Assembly: GCF_000012345.1 (NCBI RefSeq)
Contig: NC_007205.1
Span: 360,001-392,000, forward strand
DNA: 32,000 nucleotides
Source: Candidatus Pelagibacter ubique HTCC1062
Lineage (GTDB): Bacteria > Pseudomonadota > Alphaproteobacteria > Pelagibacterales > Pelagibacteraceae
Direction: 5' to 3'
This document shows, piece after piece, positions 18,786 to 29,145 of this stretch; position 1 is the first letter of the stretch, and every line of letters begins with the position of its first letter. The notes below the pieces were generated by a model. It did no database searches. It was not told where the DNA came from and was given only the letters and a program-made list of their open reading frames with translations. A program made the position numbers and the translations under genes.

Positions 18786-20339
18786 ATGTTAAATAGAAGA
18801 TCAGATAAATTAGAATTATTAAGAATTGCTGAAGCAGTTGCTTTGGAAAAGTCTATAGATAAAGAATTAATTATAGATTCCATGGAAACGGGAATTGCAA
18901 AAGCTGCCAAATCAAAATTTGGACAGGACAATGAAATTAAAGTTTTAATAGACAGAGAAAGTGGTGATATTGGAATTTTCAGAAAATTAATTGTTGTAGA
19001 AAAACCAGAAAATACAAATACAGAAATTAATCTTCAAGATGCAATCATTTTAAATGAAGCAAACAAAGATAAAAAAATTGGTGACGAAATTTTACAACCG
19101 CTTCCCTCTTTTGATTTTGGAAGAATAGCTGCACAAACAGCAAAACAAGTTATTAGTTTTAATGTAAGAGAAGCAGAACGTGAAAGACAATACAATGATT
19201 TTATAGATAAAAAAGACTCAATTCTAAGTGGAATTGTTAAACGTCTAGAGTTTGGAAATGTGATAGTTGATTTAGGTAGAACTGAAGCAATTATTCAAAA
19301 AAATGAAATGATCCCTAGAGAAAACATTAAAGCTGGAGATAGAGTTAAAGCTTACTGTTATGATGTTAAAAGAGAAGCTAGAGGACAACAAATATTTTTA
19401 TCAAGAGCACATCCAAAATTTATGGAAAAATTATTTGTTCAAGAGGTTCCTGAAATTTATGATGGTTTAATTGAAATTAAATCATCAGCAAGAGATCCTG
19501 GAAGTAGAGCAAAAATCTGTGTTAAAGCAGTTGATACTTCATTAGATCCAGTAGGAGCTTGTGTTGGAATGAGAGGATCAAGAGTCCAAGCAGTGGTTAA
19601 CGAATTACAAGGTGAAAAAATTGATATTGTTAATTGGTCTGAAGATCCAGCAATAGTAGTTTCAAATGCATTGTCACCGGCTGAAGTTCAAAGAGTGAAC
19701 GTTGATAGTGTTGCAAAAAAATTAGATGTAATTTTAACAGAAGAAAATTTAAGTAAAGCAATTGGTCGTAGAGGTCAAAACGTAAGACTTGCTACTAAAT
19801 TATTAAATTACGAAATTAATATAATGACTGATGCAGAAGATTCAGAAAGAAGACAATCTGAATTTAAAGAAAAAACTGAAAACTTTGTTAAAAATTTAGA
19901 GCTGGATGAAACATTAGGACAATTACTTGTTGCTGAAGGTTTTTCTTCAATCTCAGATATTAAAGATAGTTCACCAGAAAATTTAATGAAAATTGAAGGT
20001 ATAGAGGAAGACACTGCCAAGGCTTTGATTGAAAGAGCAAAAGAGTTTTACCAAAAAGATCAAGAAGATATTACTCAAAGAATTAAAGATTTGGGACTTC
20101 AAGATGATCTTATAAATCACAAAGGACTGACTCCTGGAATGTTAGTTACTTTAGGAGAACAAAAGATTTTAAAATTAGAAGATTTTGCAGACCTTGCCTC
20201 TGATGAATTAACAGGTGGTTATGATGTTGTAAAAGGTGAAAGAATTAAGATTCAAGGATACCTTGAAGATTTTGCTTTATCAAAAACAGAAGCAGATGAA
20301 TTAATTATGTCCGCAAGAAGCATAATTTACAAAGATTGA
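18786..20339 (+). CDS. nusA: Transcription termination/antitermination factor NusA
   Basis: The start was moved to the Met at 18786 (MLNRRSDKLELLRIAEAVALEKSIDKE...; compare E. coli MNKEILAVVEAVSNEKALPRE). The ORF-track extension (18747) merely translates the terminator. S1 and KH motifs are present (GACVGMRGSRVQAVVNELQGEKIDIV; KAIGRRGQNVRLA), and a C-terminal HhH-type repeat region. Confidence 0.93.
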   Translation: MLNRRSDKLELLRIAEAVALEKSIDKELIIDSMETGIAKAAKSKFGQDNEIKVLIDRESGDIGIFRKLIVVEKPENTNTEINLQDAIILNEANKDKKIGDEILQPLPSFDFGRIAAQTAKQVISFNVREAERERQYNDFIDKKDSILSGIVKRLEFGNVIVDLGRTEAIIQKNEMIPRENIKAGDRVKAYCYDVKREARGQQIFLSRAHPKFMEKLFVQEVPEIYDGLIEIKSSARDPGSRAKICVKAVDTSLDPVGACVGMRGSRVQAVVNELQGEKIDIVNWSEDPAIVVSNALSPAEVQRVNVDSVAKKLDVILTEENLSKAIGRRGQNVRLATKLLNYEINIMTDAEDSERRQSEFKEKTENFVKNLELDETLGQLLVAEGFSSISDIKDSSPENLMKIEGIEEDTAKALIERAKEFYQKDQEDITQRIKDLGLQDDLINHKGLTPGMLVTLGEQKILKLEDFADLASDELTGGYDVVKGERIKIQGYLEDFALSKTEADELIMSARSIIYKD

Positions 20340-20349
20340 GTAATGAAAT

Positions 20350-22554
20350 ATGGAAAACAAAAAAACAAAATTAACACTGTCTGGCATAGCCAAGAAATCG
20401 ATAGAGAATATAGAGTTAGCAAAAACTCAAAGTAAAAATTCCGTTGTAATTGAAAAAAAGCCCAGCAAATTCGCACCTAGAAGTAGCTTTACTAGACCTG
20501 CTAGTGTTAGGTCAAAACCAGCAGTATCAACAACAAGTAGTTTCCCTCCAAGAACCGCATCAGTACCTAAACCGGCTTCTCCAATAACTAATGATTATGA
20601 AAAACGTAAGTTAGCTGAACAAAGAGCAACTAGAAGATTGAAAGGGGATACAGGTAAACCTGAAACTAAAAAAAGAGAATTAAAATTAACAGTATCAAGA
20701 GCATTAAGTGATGAGATCGAAGCAAGATCAAGAAGTATGGCTTCGCTTAAAAGAGCAAAATTAAAAGAAAATAGAGAACTAACTAAAGAAGAAATTCAAG
20801 AAAGTTTAAAGCCTGTAAAAAGAGATGTAAATATTCCTGAAGCAATAACAGTGAGAGAACTATCTAACAGAATGGCTGAGCAATCAAGCAATGTAATTAA
20901 ACATTTATTTGGAATGGGTGTTACGGTTACTATCAATCAAACATTAGCAGCAGATACTGCCGAATACTTAGTAAAAGAATTTGGTCACAATCCGATTAGA
21001 GAAACAAAAGCAGAAGAAATTATTCAAAAAATAAAAGAGTCTAGATCTGAAAATTTAAAGAATAGACCACCAATCGTAACTGTGATGGGCCACGTGGATC
21101 ATGGAAAGACCTCGGTATTGGATGTTTTAAGAAGTGCGAATGTTGTCTCTGGTGAATTTGGTGGAATAACACAACACATTGGAGCTTACCAAATACAACA
21201 CGAATCTAATAAACTGACTTTTATTGATACACCAGGTCATGCTGCATTTACAGAAATGAGAGCTAGAGGATCAAAATTAACAGACGTTGTAGTATTAGTA
21301 GTTGCTGCAGATGATGGTGTTAAACCTCAAACAATAGAATCTATAAAACACGCAAAAGCTGCGAACGTTCCAATAGTTGTAGCAATTAACAAGTGTGATC
21401 TACCTGAGGCAGATCCACAAAAAATAAAGAACCAACTTTTAGAATACGAACTTATTGCAGAAGATCTATCGGGAGATACTTTAATGGTTGAAATTTCTGC
21501 AAAAAATAAAAAAAATTTAGATAAGTTAGTAGAGTCGATTGTTCTACAAGCAGAAATTTTAGACTTAAAAACTGACTTTGAATCTAAAGCTACAGGAATT
21601 GTTTTAGAATCTAAAATTGATATTGGCAGAGGAGCTGTTGCAACAGTTGTAGTTACATCTGGAACAATTAAAAAAGGTGATTTCTTTGTTAGTGGATTAA
21701 AATGGGGAAAAGTAAGAGCTTTAATTAATGATAAAGGAGAAAATGTTAATGAAGCACCACCATCAATGCCAGTTGAAATTCTTGGAATTAATGGAGCGGC
21801 TAAATCTGGAGATGATTTTATTGTACTAGATTCAGAAAAAGAGGCAAAAACATTAAGTCAGAATAGAGCAGAAGAAAGCAAAACTGGTGGAAGTCCTTTA
21901 ACTTTTGCTACTCAAGACTCGGCTTTTGCTGATAAGTCAGCTGCAGAATTAAATATTATCGTAAAATCAGATGTTCATGGATCTGCAGAGGCAATCAAAA
22001 GTGCGATTAATCAAATTACCCATGATGAAGTAAAACCTAAAATAATTTTATCTGATATTGGAATGGTAACAGAAACAGATGTAACTTTAGCAAAAGCATC
22101 TAACGCTGCACTAATTGCATTTAATGTTAAACCAAGTAAGGAAGCAAAAAAATTAGCAGAAAATGAAAAAATTGTAATCTCTTCTTATAATATTATTTAT
22201 GAAGTTTTGGATTATATTAAATTAAGAATGTCAGGACTTCTTGCTCCAGATGTTCAGGAAAAAATTATTGGTACAGCTCAAATTTTAGAAATTTTCAAAG
22301 TTTCAGGTACAGGAAAAGTTGCAGGCTCAAAAGTAACTGAAGGTGAAATAACTAGTGGCGCAAGTGCTAGGGTAGTAAGAGATGGAGCAATTATTTATAC
22401 GGGTAAAATAAGTACTATTTTTAGAGAAAAAGATCAGGCAAAACAGGTTAGTAATGGCCAAGAGTGTGGAATAACGCTTAAGGACTTTATCGATTTCCAG
22501 AAAAACGATACAATAGAGGCCTTTAGTACGACTACAACGGATAGAACAGTATAA
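20350..22554 (+). CDS. infB: Translation initiation factor IF-2
   Basis: 734 aa with G-domain motifs GHVDHGKTS, DTPGH and NKCD. The N-terminal region is low-complexity and S/P/K-rich. Confidence 0.96.
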   Translation: MENKKTKLTLSGIAKKSIENIELAKTQSKNSVVIEKKPSKFAPRSSFTRPASVRSKPAVSTTSSFPPRTASVPKPASPITNDYEKRKLAEQRATRRLKGDTGKPETKKRELKLTVSRALSDEIEARSRSMASLKRAKLKENRELTKEEIQESLKPVKRDVNIPEAITVRELSNRMAEQSSNVIKHLFGMGVTVTINQTLAADTAEYLVKEFGHNPIRETKAEEIIQKIKESRSENLKNRPPIVTVMGHVDHGKTSVLDVLRSANVVSGEFGGITQHIGAYQIQHESNKLTFIDTPGHAAFTEMRARGSKLTDVVVLVVAADDGVKPQTIESIKHAKAANVPIVVAINKCDLPEADPQKIKNQLLEYELIAEDLSGDTLMVEISAKNKKNLDKLVESIVLQAEILDLKTDFESKATGIVLESKIDIGRGAVATVVVTSGTIKKGDFFVSGLKWGKVRALINDKGENVNEAPPSMPVEILGINGAAKSGDDFIVLDSEKEAKTLSQNRAEESKTGGSPLTFATQDSAFADKSAAELNIIVKSDVHGSAEAIKSAINQITHDEVKPKIILSDIGMVTETDVTLAKASNAALIAFNVKPSKEAKKLAENEKIVISSYNIIYEVLDYIKLRMSGLLAPDVQEKIIGTAQILEIFKVSGTGKVAGSKVTEGEITSGASARVVRDGAIIYTGKISTIFREKDQAKQVSNGQECGITLKDFIDFQKNDTIEAFSTTTTDRTV

Positions 22555-22922
22555 TGGCTGATAGAATAGGAAAACCAGTATCACAGAGACAATTGCGTGT
22601 TGGAGAGATGATTAGGCAATCTTTAGGCATGATTTTTGCCAGAAATGAAGCTAAGGTCCCAAATTTAGAAACTAATACTATAACGGTTACTGAAGTAAAA
22701 ATGAGTCAAGACCTTAAAATTGCAAAAGCTTACGTATTACCATTAGGTGGTAAAGATTCGGAGTTAGTTATTAAAAAATTAAAAGAATGTTCTTTCTTAA
22801 TTAGAAAAGCTTTATCTAAAAAAATAATTATGAAATATTTACCAAAAATACTTTTTGCTAAAGACGACTCATTTGAGTACGCAGAAAAAATAGAAAACTT
22901 AATAAAACAAACAAATAAATAG
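22554..22922 (+). CDS. rbfA: Ribosome-binding factor A
   Basis: 122 aa with RQLRVGEMIRQSL...ITVTEVKMSQDLKIAKAYV. Its ATG shares one base with the infB TAA (TAATG). Confidence 0.9.
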   Translation: MADRIGKPVSQRQLRVGEMIRQSLGMIFARNEAKVPNLETNTITVTEVKMSQDLKIAKAYVLPLGGKDSELVIKKLKECSFLIRKALSKKIIMKYLPKILFAKDDSFEYAEKIENLIKQTNK

Positions 22923-22935
22923 GAAAATAAATAGT

Positions 22936-23184
22936 ATGACGAAAAAAGCAGAAGAATTAAAAATGCACGAGAAGGACACTGGTTCTTCAGAAGTACAAAT
23001 TGCATTATTAACAGGAAAAATTGAAACTCTTTCAGCACACATTAAACAATTCAAAAAAGATAAACACTCTTCGGTTGGATTATTAAGAGCAGTAAATAGA
23101 AGAAAAAAATTGTTAGAATATTTAAAGAAAAATAAATTTGATTCTTACAAAAATGTATTAACTCAATTAAATTTAAGAAAATAG
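22936..23184 (+). CDS. rpsO: 30S ribosomal protein S15
   Basis: 82 aa. DTGSSEVQIALLTGKIETLSAHIKQFKKDKHSSVGLLRAVNRRKKLLEYLKK compares with E. coli [35 protein letters not shown]. Confidence 0.95.
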   Translation: MTKKAEELKMHEKDTGSSEVQIALLTGKIETLSAHIKQFKKDKHSSVGLLRAVNRRKKLLEYLKKNKFDSYKNVLTQLNLRK

Positions 23185-23205
23185 ACAGAAGGAAACGGAA
23201 AATAG

Positions 23206-25278
23206 ATGTTCAAAGTATACAAGAAGGAAATTGAAGTAGCAGGTAAGAAGATAAGTTTAGAAACAGGTAAAGTAGCAAGACAAGCAGACGGAGCAATCAT
23301 TGCTTCATGTGGTGAAACAGTTATTTTAGCAACAGTAGTAGGAGCCAAAAAAGTAAATCCAGATATGGATTATTTTCCTCTGTCTGTAAATTACCAAGAA
23401 AAATATTATGCAGGTGGTAAAATTCCTGGTGGATACTTTAAAAGAGAAGCAAGACCAACTGAAAGTGAACAATTGATTTCAAGATTAATTGATAGACCCA
23501 TCAGACCTTTGTTTCCAAGTGAATTCAAAAATGAAGTTCAGTTATTACCAACTGTAATCTCATATGATAAAGACAATCAACCAGATATTTTAGCAATTAC
23601 AGCTTCATCAGCTGCATTAGCCATTTCAGGAATGCCATTTATGGGGCCTGTAGGTGCTTCAAGAGTTGGTTTAGTTGATGGAAAATACATATTAAACCCA
23701 TCAAAAGCTGAGTTAGAAAACTCTACTTTAGATTTAGTTGTAGCTGGTACTAAAGATGCTGTGCTGATGGTTGAGTCAGAAACGTCAGGTTTAACAGAAG
23801 AAGTAATGTTAGATGCAGTTAAGTTTGGTCACGAAGGTTTTGTTCCAGTAATCGAAATGATCGAGGAACTTGCAAAAGAATGCAGAAAACCAGAATGGAC
23901 TGTTGAGAAAAAAGATTTATCAGAAGTTAAGAAAAAACTTGAAGAAAACTTTACAGAAGATTTAACTAAAGCTTTTGCAACAATAGACAAACAAGATCGA
24001 TCAAATCAAATTTCAGAAATTTCTGATAAAGCAAAACAACTTTTTGCAGATGATGAAAATTACTCTGATTTCAATGTTAATGATGAATTAAAAAATCTTG
24101 AAAAGAAAATTGTTAGAACTGATATTCTTAAAAATAAAAAAAGAATTGATGGCAGAGGCTTGGCTGATGTAAGAGCTATTGAGTGTGAAGTTGGTGTTTT
24201 ACCAAGAACTCACGGATCAGCTCTATTTACTAGAGGCGAAACACAAGCGATTGTAGTTACTACTTTAGGTACATCTGATGACGAACAAAGATTGGAAAGT
24301 TTAGATGGACAGCATAGAGAAAGATTTATGCTTCATTACAACTTCCCTCCTTTCTCAGTTGGTGAAACTGGAAGAATTGGAACTGGAAGACGTGAAGTTG
24401 GTCATGGAAAATTAGCATGGAGAGCAATTAACTCTTCATTACCTCCAAAGGAAGAGTTTCCATATACTTTCAGAATAGTATCAGAAATTACAGAATCCAA
24501 TGGTTCTTCATCAATGGCGAGTGTTTGTGGTGCATCTCTTGCACTTATGGATGCTGGAGTGCCAATTAAAGAGCCAGTTGCAGGTATTGCAATGGGGTTA
24601 ATTAAAGAAGGCGATGATTTTAGTGTCTTGTCAGATATTTTAGGTGATGAAGATCACCTTGGAGATATGGACTTTAAAGTTGCTGGAACTAAAGATGGAA
24701 TTACTTCGCTTCAAATGGATATTAAAATTACAGGTATCACATTTGAAATCATGGAGCAGGCTTTAAAACAAGCAAAAGAAGGAAGAATTCATATCTTAGG
24801 TGAAATGAATAAAGCTTTAAGTGAATCAAGAGCTGATGTTGGTGAACACACTCCAAAAATGGAACAAATTACTGTTGATAAAAAAGATATTGCAGCTGTA
24901 ATTGGAAAAGGTGGAGCAACGATTAGAGAAATTGTTGAAAAATCAGGTGCTAAACTAGATGTGAACGATGAAGGTGTGGTAACTGTTGCTGCTCCGGACG
25001 AAGAGTCCAGAAACATTGCTATGCAAATGATCAAAGACATCACAGCAAAAGCTGAACTAAATAAAATTTACTCAGGTAAAGTAATGAAGATTATGGAGTT
25101 TGGTGCATTTGTAAATTTCTTAGGTAAACAAGATGGTCTTGTTCACATTTCAGAACTTGCTACTAAAAGAGTAGAAAAAGTTACTGATATTGTTAAAGAA
25201 GGTGATGAAGTAAAAGTTAAAGTGATTGGTTTCGATAGAGGTAAAGTTAAACTTTCTATGAAACAAGCTGCTGAATAA
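23206..25278 (+). CDS. pnp: Polyribonucleotide nucleotidyltransferase (PNPase)
   Basis: 690 aa with two RNase PH domains ([35 protein letters not shown]), a KH domain ([11 protein letters not shown]) and an S1 domain ([19 protein letters not shown]). Confidence 0.97.
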   Translation: MFKVYKKEIEVAGKKISLETGKVARQADGAIIASCGETVILATVVGAKKVNPDMDYFPLSVNYQEKYYAGGKIPGGYFKREARPTESEQLISRLIDRPIRPLFPSEFKNEVQLLPTVISYDKDNQPDILAITASSAALAISGMPFMGPVGASRVGLVDGKYILNPSKAELENSTLDLVVAGTKDAVLMVESETSGLTEEVMLDAVKFGHEGFVPVIEMIEELAKECRKPEWTVEKKDLSEVKKKLEENFTEDLTKAFATIDKQDRSNQISEISDKAKQLFADDENYSDFNVNDELKNLEKKIVRTDILKNKKRIDGRGLADVRAIECEVGVLPRTHGSALFTRGETQAIVVTTLGTSDDEQRLESLDGQHRERFMLHYNFPPFSVGETGRIGTGRREVGHGKLAWRAINSSLPPKEEFPYTFRIVSEITESNGSSSMASVCGASLALMDAGVPIKEPVAGIAMGLIKEGDDFSVLSDILGDEDHLGDMDFKVAGTKDGITSLQMDIKITGITFEIMEQALKQAKEGRIHILGEMNKALSESRADVGEHTPKMEQITVDKKDIAAVIGKGGATIREIVEKSGAKLDVNDEGVVTVAAPDEESRNIAMQMIKDITAKAELNKIYSGKVMKIMEFGAFVNFLGKQDGLVHISELATKRVEKVTDIVKEGDEVKVKVIGFDRGKVKLSMKQAAE

Positions 25279-25298
25279 TTTTAAATTAAAATTCTAAA

Positions 25299-25330
25299 CC
25301 TCTGGAATGAAAGTTCTGGGGGTTTTTATT
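25299..25330 (+). terminator. Rho-independent terminator of the nusA...pnp transcription unit
   Basis: CCTCTGGAA (25299-25307), loop TGAAAG, TTCTGGGGG (25314-25322) form a 9-bp stem that includes three G.U pairs. TTTTTATTT follows. Upstream A residues can extend the pairing with the U-tract. Confidence 0.7.
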
Positions 25331-25352
25331 TAAAAATTACTAAAAAACTTAA

Positions 25353-26048
25353 ATGATTTTTAACTACTTAAAAGATATATACAAAAAATTATACATATTA
25401 CAAAATTTATATATTAAGAATAAAATTTACAAAAAAAGAAAATTTTATTCTCAAAGCAAAGAAGACATCTTTGTATTAAAGTATTTCAAAAACAAAAAAA
25501 AGGGTTTGTACGTAGATGTGGGCTGTCATCATCCATCTAGAATTAATAATACATTTCTTTTATACAAACATGGATGGAGAGGTGTAAATATAGATATGAG
25601 CAAACTATCCATAGATTTATTCGATGTATCAAGAAAAGAAGATGTTAATATTCATTCTGCTGTTTCAACTAAAAATAAAATAATAGACTATTATACAAAC
25701 AAAAATTTATTTTTAAGTGCGAGTATTATTCAAAAAAAAGGTAGCTCAAAATTTAAATATAAAGAAAAGGTTTCTTCAAAGCCTTTAACAAAAATTTTAG
25801 ATAAAACAATTTATAAGGATAAGCAGATAGACTTTTTAAGTATTGATGCAGAAGGAGCAGATTATGAAGTACTAAAATCTTTAGATTTTAAAAAATATAA
25901 ACCAAAATTAATTTGTATTGAAATTTGGCAAGATCAAATAGAAGAGTTTAATATCAAAAAACATGAAATTTATAAATTTTTATTTAACAAAAAATATAAA
26001 TTAGTTACAAATTTAGCTGATAATTTTATTTTCAAAAAAATTATATAA
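25353..26048 (+). CDS. FkbM-family SAM-dependent methyltransferase, substrate unknown
   Basis: 231 aa. YSQSKEDIFVLKYF...GLYVDVGCHHPSRINNTFLL...GWRGVNIDMS and IDFLSIDAEGADYEVLKSLDFKKYKPKLICIEI match the FkbM-type methyltransferase pattern as I remember it. It is a monocistronic gene between two terminator-like hairpins. Confidence 0.7.
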   Translation: MIFNYLKDIYKKLYILQNLYIKNKIYKKRKFYSQSKEDIFVLKYFKNKKKGLYVDVGCHHPSRINNTFLLYKHGWRGVNIDMSKLSIDLFDVSRKEDVNIHSAVSTKNKIIDYYTNKNLFLSASIIQKKGSSKFKYKEKVSSKPLTKILDKTIYKDKQIDFLSIDAEGADYEVLKSLDFKKYKPKLICIEIWQDQIEEFNIKKHEIYKFLFNKKYKLVTNLADNFIFKKII

Positions 26049-26076
26049 AAAATATAAACACTCTATTTAAGTTAAG

Positions 26077-26110
26077 AGGTTTTTTTATATGTCTTTAATT
26101 GAAAAAACCT
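26077..26110. terminator. Weak AT-rich hairpin between the convergent methyltransferase and dddK (possible bidirectional terminator)
   Basis: AGGTTTTTT (26077-26085) and AAAAAACCT (26102-26110) are perfect complements with a 16-nt loop. Only 3 G/C pairs are present and there is no clean U-tract beyond the stem itself. Confidence 0.3.
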
Positions 26111-26503
26111 TTAGCCACTCTTTTGTTTTGCTGGAAAGTATTCTACTTCTGAAAAACGATCTGTCGGAAAAATCCAATAAAATTCAAGGGTTTCTTTTCC
26201 ATTATTTTTCAAGGCATGTTCAGCATTTCCAGCTATATAAACTACATCGCCCTTTTTAATTGTTTCAAGTTTACCTGATTTATTTAAAATTCCTTTACCA
26301 TTGGTAACCACATATATTTCTGCTGGTGAGTGATAATGAAGTGTTAAATCTCCACCAGGCGCTATTTCAGCAAAACCAAGGGATAAACCAGAACTACCAT
26401 CAAAATCTGCATCAATTAAAAATTTCCACCTTACTCCAGGATACTTTTCAGTTGATGACCATTCTTGACTCAAAACAGAAGCAAGATTTTTTACAAAAAT
26501 CAT
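26111..26503 (-). CDS. dddK: Cupin-type dimethylsulfoniopropionate (DMSP) lyase DddK
   Basis: 130-aa single-cupin protein. Counting residues in this ORF gives His56, His58, Glu62 and His96 (LHYHSPAEIYVV ... GNAEHAL) and Tyr64. These are the metal ligands and the catalytic tyrosine reported for Pelagibacter ubique DddK, at the same numbering. The length also matches. Confidence 0.88.
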   Translation of the reverse strand: MIFVKNLASVLSQEWSSTEKYPGVRWKFLIDADFDGSSGLSLGFAEIAPGGDLTLHYHSPAEIYVVTNGKGILNKSGKLETIKKGDVVYIAGNAEHALKNNGKETLEFYWIFPTDRFSEVEYFPAKQKSG

Positions 26504-26596
26504 TCAAAATCTTAGCTTATGTCTTATTTTTTTTAAATATAAATTATTAAGTCTAAAAAATTCTTCCAAATTTTTTTAACTAAATTTAACTATATT

Positions 26597-27382
26597 TTAG
26601 GTAATATTTTTAGGATCTGGCATTCCAACCTTGTTATATCCAGCATCTACGTAATGAATTTCACCAGTAACACCATTTGCAAGGTCGCTTAATAGATATA
26701 ATGCTGAATTTCCAACATCATGAATATCTACGTTTCTTTTAAGGAAAGAATGATCTTCGTTCCACTTGTATAAGAATTTTGCATCTCCAATAGCAGAAGC
26801 TGCTAAAGTCTTAATGGGTCCAGCACTTATAGCATTCACTCTCATGCCTTTAGCACCTAAATCTCTTGCAAGGTACTTAACACTTGCCTCAAGAGCTGAT
26901 TTACAAACACCCATTACGTTATAATTTGGAATAGCTTTAGTAGATTCGTAAGTTAAGGTTAACATGCTTCCACCTTCTTTCATTATTTTAGATGCTTCTT
27001 TTGCAACTTCTGTAAATGAAAAACATGAGATTAACATACTTCTTAAAAAGTTTTCTCTAGTAGTGTTTAAATACTCACCTGATAATTCTGATTTATCTGA
27101 AAATGCAACTGCGTGAACCACAAAATCTATTTGTCCCCATTCAGATTTAATATCTTCAAAAAGTTTTATTACTTCTTCTTTATTCTCAACATCACAACTA
27201 AATGTAGCTTTTGAATTTAATTTTTCTGCTAAAGGGATTACTCTTTTCTTTAACGCATCACCAAGATAAGTGAATGCAAGTTCAGCTCCAGCTTCTGCAA
27301 GTTTCTGCGAAATACCCCAAGCGATAGACCTTTCATTGGCAACGCCCATGATTAATCCTCTTTTGCCTTTCATTAAACTCAT
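26597..27382 (-). CDS. fabI: Enoyl-[acyl-carrier-protein] reductase (NADH) FabI
   Basis: 261 aa with LIMGVANERSIAWGI (the FabI-type glycine-rich N-terminus), the Y-x6-K region YNVMGVCKSALEASVKYLA, and RVNAISAGPIKTLAAS. Confidence 0.94.
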   Translation of the reverse strand: MSLMKGKRGLIMGVANERSIAWGISQKLAEAGAELAFTYLGDALKKRVIPLAEKLNSKATFSCDVENKEEVIKLFEDIKSEWGQIDFVVHAVAFSDKSELSGEYLNTTRENFLRSMLISCFSFTEVAKEASKIMKEGGSMLTLTYESTKAIPNYNVMGVCKSALEASVKYLARDLGAKGMRVNAISAGPIKTLAASAIGDAKFLYKWNEDHSFLKRNVDIHDVGNSALYLLSDLANGVTGEIHYVDAGYNKVGMPDPKNIT

Positions 27383-28594
27383 TTAAACCTTTTCAAAAAT
27401 TAAAGTTGCATTTGTTCCACCAAAACCAAAGCTGTTAGACATAACAGAGTTTAATTTAACATCTGTTTCAGTTTTAGTAACGATTGGGAATTTTTTTGCT
27501 TCATCATCCATGTCAGTGATGTTAGCTGAAGCTGTGATAAAATTATTTTTCATCATGATTAAACTATAAATTGCTTCATGAACAGAAGCAGCACCTAGTG
27601 GATGACCAGAAAGGGATTTAGTAGAGCTTATTTTTGGTACCTCAGCACCAAATGCTTCTCCAACACCTCTAAGTTCTGTTATATCTCCAACAGGAGTTGA
27701 AGTTCCGTGAGTGTTTAAGTAGTCCATTTTATTTTTAGCAGTTGCTAAAGCCATTTTCATACATCTAACAGCACCTTCACCAGATGGGGCTACCATATCA
27801 TACCCGTCAGAAGTCGCTCCATAGCCTGTTAATTCAGCATATATGTTTGCACCTCTTGCTTTTGCATGCTCGTATTCCTCAAGCACCAAAACTCCACCAC
27901 CACCTGCTATTACAAAGCCATCTCTAGTCTTATCATAAGCTCTAGAAGCAGTTTCAGGCGCATCATTGTATTTAGAAGATAATGCAGTCATCGCATCAAA
28001 CATTGCAGTCATTGCCCAGTGTAATTCTTCACTACCACCTGCAAACACAACGTCTTGTTTACCCATTTGAATTAATTCACTTGCATGACCGATACAGTGT
28101 CCGCTAGTTGCACACGCAGAACTCATCGTATAATTAACTCCTTTAATTTTAAAAGGTACAGCAAGAGTTGCTGAAGATGTACTAGCCATAGTTCTTGGAA
28201 CAATAAATGGTCCCATTAACTTTGGAGTTTTGGCTCTAGTCTTATCAACTGATAAAACAACATTCTCTATTGAAGGACCCCCAGAACCCATAACTATTCC
28301 AGTTTTAAAATTACTTATATCTTTATCCTCTAATCCTGAATCCTTAATAGCTTCTTTCATTGCAATGTAATTATATGCAGATCCAGAGCCCATAAATCTG
28401 ATAGTTTTTCTATCGACATGATCTTCAAGTTTAATATTTGGTTTGCCATGAATGTGGCTTCTTAAATTATGCTCTTTATATTCCTCGCAAAAAGATATTC
28501 CAGATTTTGAATTTAAAAGAGATTGATAAACTTCTTCTTGATTATTCCCCAAACAAGAAACAACTCCCAAACCTGTAACTACTACTCTTCTCAT
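27383..28594 (-). CDS. fabB: 3-oxoacyl-[ACP] synthase I (KAS I)
   Basis: 403 aa with active-site Cys in [15 protein letters not shown] and the His motifs [11 protein letters not shown] and [11 protein letters not shown]. It sits between fabA and fabI with 0 to 1 nt spacing. The fabB versus fabF call is supported by linkage to fabA. Confidence 0.9.
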   Translation of the reverse strand: MRRVVVTGLGVVSCLGNNQEEVYQSLLNSKSGISFCEEYKEHNLRSHIHGKPNIKLEDHVDRKTIRFMGSGSAYNYIAMKEAIKDSGLEDKDISNFKTGIVMGSGGPSIENVVLSVDKTRAKTPKLMGPFIVPRTMASTSSATLAVPFKIKGVNYTMSSACATSGHCIGHASELIQMGKQDVVFAGGSEELHWAMTAMFDAMTALSSKYNDAPETASRAYDKTRDGFVIAGGGGVLVLEEYEHAKARGANIYAELTGYGATSDGYDMVAPSGEGAVRCMKMALATAKNKMDYLNTHGTSTPVGDITELRGVGEAFGAEVPKISSTKSLSGHPLGAASVHEAIYSLIMMKNNFITASANITDMDDEAKKFPIVTKTETDVKLNSVMSNSFGFGGTNATLIFEKV

Positions 28595-29094
28595 TATTTA
28601 AATAACCCCACTTTTAAACTTTCTGCTGAATATATTTTCTTGTCATCGGCAAATACTAAACCATTTGCCAAACCAACCGTTGTTCCACCTGGTGCCATAA
28701 TTTTTTTCATATCAATTTCATATCTTACATTTTTAACATTTTGTAAAACTTCACCAGTGAATTTTACTGTACTCACGCCTAAAGCTCTCCCTTTGCCTGG
28801 ATTGCCAAGCCAACCAAGATAAAAACCAACTAACTGCCACATAGCATCCAAGCCAAGACAACCTGGCATAACAGGGTCTCCTTTAAAGTGACAATCAAAA
28901 AACCAAAGGTCTTTTTTGATATCAAGCTCCGCTTTTAAAGAGCCTTTGCTAAAAGCACCATTGTCCTCGTTGATTTCAGTTATTCTATCAAACATGAGCA
29001 TTGGTGGAAGCGGTAATTTTGCATTACCTGGGCCAAAAAGTTCGCCATTTCCGCAGCTTATTAGCTCATCATATGTGAATGAGTTTTTTTTCAT
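28594..29094 (-). CDS. fabA: 3-hydroxydecanoyl-[ACP] dehydratase/isomerase FabA
   Basis: The start was moved to the Met at 29094 ([38 protein letters not shown]...), giving 166 aa. The active-site region is [31 protein letters not shown]. The 32-codon upstream extension in the ORF track is hydrophobic, low-complexity sequence crossing the promoter region. Confidence 0.92.
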   Translation of the reverse strand: MKKNSFTYDELISCGNGELFGPGNAKLPLPPMLMFDRITEINEDNGAFSKGSLKAELDIKKDLWFFDCHFKGDPVMPGCLGLDAMWQLVGFYLGWLGNPGKGRALGVSTVKFTGEVLQNVKNVRYEIDMKKIMAPGGTTVGLANGLVFADDKKIYSAESLKVGLFK

Positions 29095-29145
29095 AAATTT
29101 CAGTCCCTTAATACTTGATTTATGATGATTATAATATAGAAATAG

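Noticed and set aside
25353-26048. Very low GC in the FkbM methyltransferase gene as evidence of horizontal acquisition. My hand counts on four 60-nt lines gave 10 to 35% G+C, versus 33 to 47% on two pnp lines.
   Set aside because: Other clearly native genes here (ybeY, lnt, murJ, the Bax-like N-terminus) look equally AT-rich by eye. Composition tracks protein conservation level in this genome, so it does not discriminate foreign DNA without a proper window-wide calculation.
26541-26569. Promoter-like hexamers for dddK on the minus strand (TTGGAA ... ATAATT/TAATTT).
   Set aside because: I did not list it as a feature. The -10 is imperfect, and comparable matches are abundant in 70%+ AT sequence. 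It is mentioned only as an alternative to read-through from fabI.
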